DNA from: Candidatus Sericytochromatia bacterium | GTDB taxonomy: Bacteria > Cyanobacteriota > Sericytochromatia > S15B-MN24 > JAQBPE01 | NCBI GenBank assembly: GCA_035285125.1 | Contig: JAYKHR010000151.1 | Location: 1-21,633 of the forward strand | DNA: 21,633 bases | Direction: 5' to 3' | Shown here: piece by piece, positions 15,704 through 21,633 of the stretch | Numbering within the stretch: the first letter of the stretch is position 1 | How the letters are laid out: the number at the start of each line of letters is the position of its first letter | The notes under the pieces: generated by a model | What the model was told of the DNA's origin: nothing | Databases searched by the model: none | The model's input: only the letters and a program-made list of their open reading frames with translations | Position numbers and translations under genes: made by a program

Positions 15704-17731
15704 TCAGCGCGTGGCGGTGAGCGGCACCGTCACATGGGCACCCGCCTCCCTGGTCACGGTGGCCTGAGCCCCGGCCGCGGCGAAGCCGGGGCGGGAGACG
15801 GAGACGCGGTAGCGCCCGGGCGGGAGATCCGTCACGCGGAAGGTGCCGTCCGGCCCGGTGATCGTCAGCACCGTGAGGTCCTTGGACTCCACCACGACCT
15901 TGGCCCCCACGAGGGGGCGACGGCCTGCTGCGTCCACCACGTTGCCGGCGAGCATGCCGCCGCGCGTGGCGGCGTCCTCGCTCGGTGTGGTCCGAAGGTG
16001 CTCCTCGACGGCCTCGTCCGCCGCCACCCGCACCACGGACGTGGCGAGTTGGCGGGGCCCCTGCTTGAAGACGACCTTGTGCTGGCCGGGGGACACCTCA
16101 GGGAACCGGTACAGCCCGCTCCGGTCCGTCAGGGCCTCCAGCCCGAGCCCGGGCAACGCCACGGAGACGCCCGCCAGACCCTGGTTCTTCGGCGTGGTGA
16201 CACGGCCCGAGAGCGAGCCTGGCCGGGGCTGCAGCACCACCTGCAGCGCGCTGTCGCGACGTGCCACCACCGTGGTGCTGCCCTCGTAGGGACGGTAGCG
16301 CGCGCGTGTCACGAGGACGCGGTAGTCACCCGCAGCCACGTCCGACAGCGAAAAGGTGCCGTCAGCGCGAGACTCGACCTCGAGGTTCTGCCCGGCCCGG
16401 ACGAGCCGCACCTTGGCCTCCTTGAGCCCCTGGCGGGTGGCCCCGTCCAGCACGGCGCCCGTGAGCCCGCCCGCGGGGACGGCGACGGCCAACGGCAGGT
16501 CCAGGCCGCGCGTCGTGACGAGCCGGATGGGCTTCGTGAGCATCACCGCACCTTGGGGGTCCCGGACCACAAGCTCGTAAGGGCCGAGCGGCAGTTGCAG
16601 CCTGAACTGCCCGTCCAGGCCCGTCTCCTGGCGCGCATCCTCGCCCTTGACGGCGACGCTCCAGCCAACCAGCGGGCGGCCCTTGTCGTCCAACACGCTG
16701 CCTCGCACCGGCACGAGGCCCGTCGGGTCACCTGCCGGCTCCGGGGTGGGGCTCGGGGCCGGCGTGGGCGTCGCCGGTGGTGCTGTGGGCTCCGGGGGGG
16801 CAGGCGTGGGCGAGGGGGGAGGCGTTGGCTTCGCCGTGGGCTCGGGCGTCGGACGGGCCGTGGGCTCGCTGGTCGGACGGGCCACGACGGCAGCCGGCGC
16901 GGGCTGCCGGGTGGGGGGCTGAGGCCCGGCCTTCTCAGCGCCCCCTTGCAGGTTTCCCAGGAAGTTTCCCGTGTAGCTCAGCGACAGGCCGTAGTCGCGG
17001 TCGAGCATGTCGACCCCCTCGTTGCCCATCGAGTAGAGGCGCAGCTGCCAGTCACGGGCCGGCCTGTAGGTAGCCCCCACGTTGAAAAAGGCCCGCTGCA
17101 CCGTGCCGATGGGGCCGAGCACATCGCCGACGAGCGCCGCGGACTCACCCAGGGGAAGCTCGAAGCCTCCCATCAGCCGGGCCCCGAAGCTCAGGTTGGC
17201 CTGGAAGCCGAAGTGGCCGACCAGCCACGTGAGCGACTGGCCCTTCCAGTTCACGTTGAAGTCCTGGCTCAGCACCATGTAGGCATTGTTGCCATCCACG
17301 TAGCGCTCAGGACCACCCACGCCGATGAGCGAGAGGCCGACAGCCACCCCTGTGGGGCGATCCCGCGTGGGGCGCACCAGCTGGTACTTGGCGTGGCCCG
17401 AAAGCCCGGTGAAGCCCGTCGCGGGGACGCCATAGAGCACGCCTGTCTCCAGACCCTCGAAGATCCCGGCCGTGACGTAGCCGACGGGTGGCACGAGGCC
17501 CTCCTTGGTCAGCAGCGTGGCGCCCACCGAGTAGTCTCGGAAGCCGTGGATCGAAGCTGTGGGGACCAGGATGAGGCCCGAGTAGCCCCAGATGGACAGG
17601 CAGCTCGGGGGGGGCTCCGCGAGGGCTGGCCGGGCCTGCCACGTCGTGAGGCTTGTGGCGCAGAGCAGGGCGATCCACGCGCGAGCGGGGGAGACAGAAA
17701 CGGGGGAGGATGTCACGTGGACCTCGTTCAC
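15704..17731 (-). CDS. Secreted protein: YjbH-like beta-barrel N-domain, Pro/Thr linker, four carboxypeptidase-regulatory-like (Ig/transthyretin-like) domains
   Basis: Signal peptide (…PALA-E) and a GYSGLILVPTA motif followed by alternating beta-strands. PT-rich linker, then four repeats of GxVxD..GxPLxGAxV...TxxDGxF...xxGxYxV. The GTG start overlaps the upstream TGA (GTGA). Confidence 0.82.
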   Translation of the reverse strand: MNEVHVTSSPVSVSPARAWIALLCATSLTTWQARPALAEPPPSCLSIWGYSGLILVPTASIHGFRDYSVGATLLTKEGLVPPVGYVTAGIFEGLETGVLYGVPATGFTGLSGHAKYQLVRPTRDRPTGVAVGLSLIGVGGPERYVDGNNAYMVLSQDFNVNWKGQSLTWLVGHFGFQANLSFGARLMGGFELPLGESAALVGDVLGPIGTVQRAFFNVGATYRPARDWQLRLYSMGNEGVDMLDRDYGLSLSYTGNFLGNLQGGAEKAGPQPPTRQPAPAAVVARPTSEPTARPTPEPTAKPTPPPSPTPAPPEPTAPPATPTPAPSPTPEPAGDPTGLVPVRGSVLDDKGRPLVGWSVAVKGEDARQETGLDGQFRLQLPLGPYELVVRDPQGAVMLTKPIRLVTTRGLDLPLAVAVPAGGLTGAVLDGATRQGLKEAKVRLVRAGQNLEVESRADGTFSLSDVAAGDYRVLVTRARYRPYEGSTTVVARRDSALQVVLQPRPGSLSGRVTTPKNQGLAGVSVALPGLGLEALTDRSGLYRFPEVSPGQHKVVFKQGPRQLATSVVRVAADEAVEEHLRTTPSEDAATRGGMLAGNVVDAAGRRPLVGAKVVVESKDLTVLTITGPDGTFRVTDLPPGRYRVSVSRPGFAAAGAQATVTREAGAHVTVPLTATR
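16730..16925 (-). repeat. Low-complexity Pro/Thr/Ala linker (PTARPTPEPTAKPTPPPSPTP...)
   Basis: Recurrent GTGGGC(TC) units on the + strand encoding EPT/PT repeats. Boundaries approximate. Confidence 0.7.
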
Positions 17732-18111
17732 GGGGTGGCAGGCTTGATGTCACCTGGCGGGGCCGCCACAGAGGCCCCGGACCAGGCGTCCGTCACGGAC
17801 CAGACCTTGATGCCGGCGTTCGCGCCGAACGCGAACAGCCGCAGCCAGCTGCCCCCCGTCAGGCTGTCGATGCCGAACGCCAGTGGAAAGGCCAGCCAGC
17901 CCGCCATCATGCCGAGACCCTTCTCGGTATCGCCGTTGTAAAGCTGTCCTGTGCCGTTCCAGGCGAGGGACAGCGAGGCTGCAACGGCGGGGTTGCGGCG
18001 GGGGAGCCAGAGCCAGCGATCGTCGGCCACGGGCACCTCGGCCGCCCGAGCCGGCGCCGTCAGCAGGAACCCCACGAGCAGGATGGCGAGGAGGCGGAGG
18101 GCGGCTTGCAT
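17728..18111 (-). CDS. Small membrane/secreted protein with TM2-domain-like motif (127 aa)
   Basis: Signal peptide (…PARA-A), then RNPAVAASLSLAWNGTGQLYNGDTEKG and WSVTDAW, as in TM2/DUF5683-type proteins. Translationally coupled to the downstream gene. Confidence 0.75.
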   Translation of the reverse strand: MQAALRLLAILLVGFLLTAPARAAEVPVADDRWLWLPRRNPAVAASLSLAWNGTGQLYNGDTEKGLGMMAGWLAFPLAFGIDSLTGGSWLRLFAFGANAGIKVWSVTDAWSGASVAAPPGDIKPATP

Positions 18112-18120
18112 CGTGTGCAG

Positions 18121-18129
18121 ATTGTAACA
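18121..18129 (-). promoter_or_regulatory. Extended -10 element (TGtTACAAT), near-leaderless transcript
   Basis: Only 9 nt separate the hexamer from ATG 18111, and there is no SD sequence. Confidence 0.6.
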
Positions 18130-18154
18130 GACGCGGCCCCCGCCCTGTGCCTGG

Positions 18155-18730
18155 TCAGAACTGGGCCCGGAGGCCCAGCACCTCGCCTGCACCCGTGAGG
18201 CCCAGCGTCACCTCGAGCCCGTCGCTTACCAGCCAGGCTGCCTCGGCGCCGAAGCAGGGGGCCCCGCCCAGGAAGGCCCAGCGGGTAGCCGCCCCGGGCG
18301 TGGGGAAGCTGTAGCCGAGGTCGAGCCGCAGCGTCAGGCTGGTGCGTGGCGCATAGGCCAGCGCGAAGCCCACGGCCGGCCGGGGCGGCCCCCCCCCGGG
18401 CCGGCCGGGCGCTCCCCAGGCTGCGGCCAGCGCGGCCACCGAGGGCGAACCCGCATCTCCGAGCACCAGCCGATACAGGGCCCGGACGCTCCAGCTCGCC
18501 ACGCCCCCGGCGCCGGCCGCCAGGCTCGCGCCCAGGTTCAGCGAGGGCCACACCGACGTGTCAAGGGACGCTGCCCAGCCGGGGGGCCAGCCCCCTGCCC
18601 CGGCGAGGCCAGCGCCGGCCGAGGCCCCCGCCTGCGCGTCAGCCGCCGGCAGGGTGGACGCCCTGGCCGGGGGGGCCCCGAAGGCGGTTACAAGAATCAG
18701 CGTGCAGGTTCCCAGGGCGCGGCTTCGCAT
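18155..18730 (-). CDS. Hypothetical secreted, probable small outer-membrane beta-barrel protein (191 aa)
   Basis: ATG 18730 with a GGAG RBS, signal peptide (…PARA-S), amphipathic beta-strands and a C-terminal LGLRAQF with terminal Phe. Confidence 0.65.
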   Translation of the reverse strand: MRSRALGTCTLILVTAFGAPPARASTLPAADAQAGASAGAGLAGAGGWPPGWAASLDTSVWPSLNLGASLAAGAGGVASWSVRALYRLVLGDAGSPSVAALAAAWGAPGRPGGGPPRPAVGFALAYAPRTSLTLRLDLGYSFPTPGAATRWAFLGGAPCFGAEAAWLVSDGLEVTLGLTGAGEVLGLRAQF

Positions 18731-18785
18731 GCCAGTGGTCTCCCCCACAAGCCATCGTGTGGGCTGGCGGGGGCTGGCGCAAGCC

Positions 18786-19397
18786 TCAGGCGCTGGGGGG
18801 CTCCGGCGAGCCGTCGGACGATCCTTGGGGGGGCTGTGGCGCGGGGCGGTGCGCCTCCCAGGCCCCCTGAAGGCTCTCGGCCTGGGCTGCCGCGTGCGCC
18901 GGGTCGAGCTCGAACACGCTGTGCTGCCACCACCCTCGGTCGTCCTGGTGCCGGATGCGCACGTAGGTGGCCTCTGGCCGGTCCCCCGGGAGGGCGCCCG
19001 GTGCGAGGCCTCGCACGGATCCCGCTGCGAACTGCATCTGGCTGGCATCGAGCGTGGCGACCTGCTCGATGGCAGCCCAAGGGATGCCGAAGGCCGGCTC
19101 CCGCCGGGAGGCCGAGGCCACCCACAGGCCGTCGTCGTGCAGCGCGACCAGGGGGGCTTCGGTCGGGGCAGGCCTGGCGGGGTGCCCCCCGACGTACCGG
19201 GCCGGCGTCAGCGTCAGCCGGGGCCTCCCTTCGGGGCCCGCGCGCGTCGGCACCGGGGTTGCACCGGCTGGCTCCCCTGCCGCTCCCGACTCGCCTTGGC
19301 GATCGGTTGGGCGGCCAAACACGTTCATCAGGGCCACGGCCATCACGGCAATGACGACTGGTGCGAGCAGGACGGAGAGGGACAGGCCTGGTTCCAC
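18786..19397 (-). CDS. Hypothetical membrane-anchored protein, possible PH-like domain
   Basis: N-terminal TM helix (LSVLLAPVVIAVMAVALMNVF), a linker, then YVGGHP...IPWAAIEQV...YVRIRHQD...VFE. The start is uncertain (GTG 19397 or 19451). Confidence 0.65.
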   Translation of the reverse strand: MEPGLSLSVLLAPVVIAVMAVALMNVFGRPTDRQGESGAAGEPAGATPVPTRAGPEGRPRLTLTPARYVGGHPARPAPTEAPLVALHDDGLWVASASRREPAFGIPWAAIEQVATLDASQMQFAAGSVRGLAPGALPGDRPEATYVRIRHQDDRGWWQHSVFELDPAHAAAQAESLQGAWEAHRPAPQPPQGSSDGSPEPPSA

Positions 19398-19455
19398 GTC
19401 GACGCGAGGACCTCCGGGGGACGGGCGGGCCGGACGGATGGGCGGCCTCACGGCG

Positions 19456-19465
19456 ATGGTATCAT
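19456..19465. promoter_or_regulatory. Overlapping bidirectional extended -10 elements (ATGGTATCAT)
   Basis: Reads TGgTATCAT on + (towards lgt) and TGaTACCAT on - (towards the envelope genes). Confidence 0.55.
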
Positions 19466-19495
19466 ACGGGCTGACCGCAGCAGAAAGGGCCCCCC

Positions 19496-20305
19496 GTGAT
19501 CGCCTACCCGCACTTCAACCCGGACATCGTCTCGCTCGGCCCCCTCCACATCCGGTGGTACGGGATGATGTACATCCTGGGCTTCCTCTTTGGTTACCTG
19601 TTGCTGAAGAAACGCAACGAGGAGACGGGCCTGCGCCTCGACAAGAACGTGCTGATGGACTTCGCGTTCTACCTGTTCGTGGGGGTGCTGCTCGGTGGCC
19701 GCGTCGGCTACGTGCTGTTCTACAACCCGCTGGTGTTTCTGGCCAACCCCCTCGAGATCCTGGCCGTCCACCACGGCGGCATGTCGTTCCATGGGGGCCT
19801 CATCGGGACGATCCTGGCAGGCTACGTCTTCTGCTGGCAGCAGGGCATCCACTACTACAAGATGGCCGACGCGGTGATCCCGGCCATCCCGATCGGGCTT
19901 GGCCTCGGTCGGCTGGGCAACTTCATCAACGCTGAGCTGTGGGGCCGGCCGACGGACGTCCAGTGGGCGATGGTGTTCCCGACGGACCCTGCCCAGCTGC
20001 CGCGTCACCCGTCGCAGTTGTACGAGTTCGCGCTGGAGGGCGTGGCGCTGTTCGTCGTCTTGATGCTCTTGCGGCGCCTGCAACTCGCCCCTGGCGTACT
20101 GTTCTGGACGTTCTTCACCCTCTACGGCCTGGCCCGCATCACGTGCGAGTTCTTCCGCGAGCCCGACGCCCACCTCTCCTTCCTGTTCGCCAACGTCACG
20201 GCCGGCATGGTGCTGAGCGTGCCGATGGTCGTCGGTGGCGTGGTGATGGTCACCTGGCTGACGCTGCGCGCACGGACTCAAACCCCCGCGGCCAGCGCCG
20301 CCTGA
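19496..20305 (+). CDS. lgt: Prolipoprotein diacylglyceryl transferase
   Basis: IRWYGMMY, GGRVGYVLFY, GGMSFHGG, GRLGNFINAELWGRPT, RHPSQLYE, EFFREPD. Confidence 0.98.
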   Translation: MIAYPHFNPDIVSLGPLHIRWYGMMYILGFLFGYLLLKKRNEETGLRLDKNVLMDFAFYLFVGVLLGGRVGYVLFYNPLVFLANPLEILAVHHGGMSFHGGLIGTILAGYVFCWQQGIHYYKMADAVIPAIPIGLGLGRLGNFINAELWGRPTDVQWAMVFPTDPAQLPRHPSQLYEFALEGVALFVVLMLLRRLQLAPGVLFWTFFTLYGLARITCEFFREPDAHLSFLFANVTAGMVLSVPMVVGGVVMVTWLTLRARTQTPAASAA

Positions 20306-20344
20306 ACGAGGGCTGTAGCCAGCGTTGCCTCGTCGCGAGGCTCT

Positions 20345-20369
20345 AGGCCCCGCGGCCCGCGCGGGGCCT
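20345..20369. terminator. Hairpin between the convergent lgt and CPBP genes (likely bidirectional terminator)
   Basis: Perfect 10-bp stem AGGCCCCGCG / CGCGGGGCCT with a 5-nt loop. A smaller hairpin lies at 20327-20341. No U-tract. Confidence 0.55.
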
Positions 20370-20482
20370 GCTGCACGGCGGGCCCCCGCGCTACCCCCGG
20401 CGGCCCTCTCCGGGACGGGCAAGAACCGCGGCTGCGGGGGTGAGGTCCGGGCGCACCCTGGCAGCCCGGCAGAGCCGCCGGC

Positions 20483-21442
20483 TCAGCCCTCGGCCCACTC
20501 GCGCTCTGCCTGCGGGCCGCCCCCAGGGTTGCCGTCAGGGTCGGGGGTCGTGCGCGCCTGCAGCGCGACCAGCCGCTGGCGCGCCACATCGGCGGCGGTG
20601 GCTTCCCGGGGCTTGTGCCGCCTACCTGGTGGCTTCAACCCGGACAGGCTGGGCAGCTTCAGCGCGCCGAGCCAACCTGGCGGGGCATCCCGCCAGAGCA
20701 GGACCACGCCTGCCGCCAGGCCCGCGACCGCCGAGCCCGCAAGCAGCCACGGGTGGCCGGTGACCCAGGCCTGGCCGACCAGGAAGTACAGCACCGCCCA
20801 GGTGTTGTTCCAGGCGTGAGCCCAGGTGCTGGCCCACAGCGACCCTGTTCGCCAAGTAAGCCACCCGAACCACAGCCCGAGGAGCACGCGCGGCAAGACG
20901 CCGGCCGCCTCCATGTGGGAAGCGGTGAACAGCACGGCGGTCACGCCGATGCCCCACACCACCCCGAAGCGCGCGGTCAGCGCCGGCTGGATGAGCCCAC
21001 GGAAGAGCATCTCCTCCGCAATGGCGGGCAGGAGGGCATATGCCAGCCAGAGGCCCGTGAGCCCGAGGGTGCTGGGCGCGGCGGCGCCGCTCAGGCCTTG
21101 CGGCATCCCCCCCACGGCCTTGCCGTCCCCCATAGACACGATGATCGCGGCGCTCATGACGTACAGGGGCAGCGAGATGCACACGGCCGCCACCACCACC
21201 GCGCGACGGGGGGGCAGGTAGAGCGGCAGCCGTCCCGGCGCACCCTGGCGGGGCCAGTAACACGCCGTGACGGAGGGGGCCAGCACGGCCAACACGGCCA
21301 CCGCGGCGAAGAACCAGGGCTCCATGTCGCGCAAGGGGCCCAGGTAATAGAAGGCGAGCGAGACCACCCCCATCAGGCCGAGGGAGGTCAGCCACAGGCC
21401 GACGGCCCGGCCGAGCGGCAAGGGCGACACGGGCTCCGTCAC
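20483..21442 (-). CDS. CPBP (Abi/CAAX) family intramembrane glutamic endopeptidase
   Basis: Multi-TM protein with EEMLFRG, FTASH and HAWNN motifs. GGAGG RBS before the GTG start. Confidence 0.93.
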   Translation of the reverse strand: MTEPVSPLPLGRAVGLWLTSLGLMGVVSLAFYYLGPLRDMEPWFFAAVAVLAVLAPSVTACYWPRQGAPGRLPLYLPPRRAVVVAAVCISLPLYVMSAAIIVSMGDGKAVGGMPQGLSGAAAPSTLGLTGLWLAYALLPAIAEEMLFRGLIQPALTARFGVVWGIGVTAVLFTASHMEAAGVLPRVLLGLWFGWLTWRTGSLWASTWAHAWNNTWAVLYFLVGQAWVTGHPWLLAGSAVAGLAAGVVLLWRDAPPGWLGALKLPSLSGLKPPGRRHKPREATAADVARQRLVALQARTTPDPDGNPGGGPQAEREWAEG

Positions 21443-21633
21443 GCGGCGCCTCCCGTGGGCACGATGACCGCCTGCATCCTACCCGACATGGCGCCGTCCC
21501 GGCGCCAGGAGTGGAACTCTTCAGCCTGGCACATCGTGCAGAGGCCCGCGTCGTGGATGTGGTCCTCTCGCAAGCCTGCATGCGCCAGCTGGCGCCGAAG
21601 CAAGCCTGGCAGGTCGAGGTGGGGCCTGGCTCC
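21439..21633 (-). CDS. pgeF: C-terminal part of a PgeF/YfiH (Cu-oxidase_4, FAMIN-like purine nucleoside enzyme) family protein, truncated by the window edge
   Basis: Manual translation: GARPHLDLPGLLRRQLAHAGLREDHIHDAGLCTMCQAEEFHSWRRDGAMSGRMQAVIVPTGGAA*. It contains the family pattern LDL...QL..AG...CTxC...FxSxRR...GR. The stop overlaps the CPBP start (GTGA). Not in the ORF track. Confidence 0.88.
   Translation of the reverse strand, partial: GARPHLDLPGLLRRQLAHAGLREDHIHDAGLCTMCQAEEFHSWRRDGAMSGRMQAVIVPTGGAA

Noticed and set aside
14870..17941. 1023-aa + strand ORF and similar long alternative-frame ORFs (e.g. 11116..12945, 2506..3825)
   Set aside because: Arg/Gly/His-rich antisense or off-frame shadows of clear genes in stop-poor GC-rich DNA.
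7611..21442. RiPP cluster made of the rSAM plus the CPBP protease
   Set aside because: They are about 12 kb apart with unrelated genes between them, and no precursor or ABC exporter is visible.

Overview
Very GC-rich bacterial chromosomal window of mostly housekeeping and envelope genes. I see no mobile elements, rRNA/tRNA or CRISPR. Left part (+): PQQ-dependent sugar dehydrogenase, mfd, a membrane-anchored PrsA/SurA-type foldase, a 222-nt highly structured spacer and a tetrapyrrole-methylase/MazG (YabN-type) fusion. Middle: an orphan radical SAM/SPASM enzyme (-) divergent from a secreted TPR+NHL protein (+), a DUF47/PhoU-like gene without an adjacent pit transporter, a 553-aa 2-TM hypothetical protein and a small secreted protein. 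Right part: a run of minus-strand, mostly envelope genes (membrane-anchored PH-like protein, small beta-barrel-like protein, TM2-like protein, YjbH-like barrel + Pro/Thr linker + four carboxypeptidase-regulatory-like domains, MscS, RacA-like MerR-HTH protein, lipoprotein). It is followed by lgt (+), a CPBP protease (-) and the 3' end of pgeF/yfiH (-, missing from the ORF track). The beta-barrel-like proteins suggest a diderm host; the gene style reminds me of Ca. Sericytochromatia, but this is unverified inference. The best leads are the multi-state RNA spacer before mazG, the orphan rSAM with an altered SPASM cysteine set, the RacA-like protein and the barrel-plus-Ig-like surface protein.
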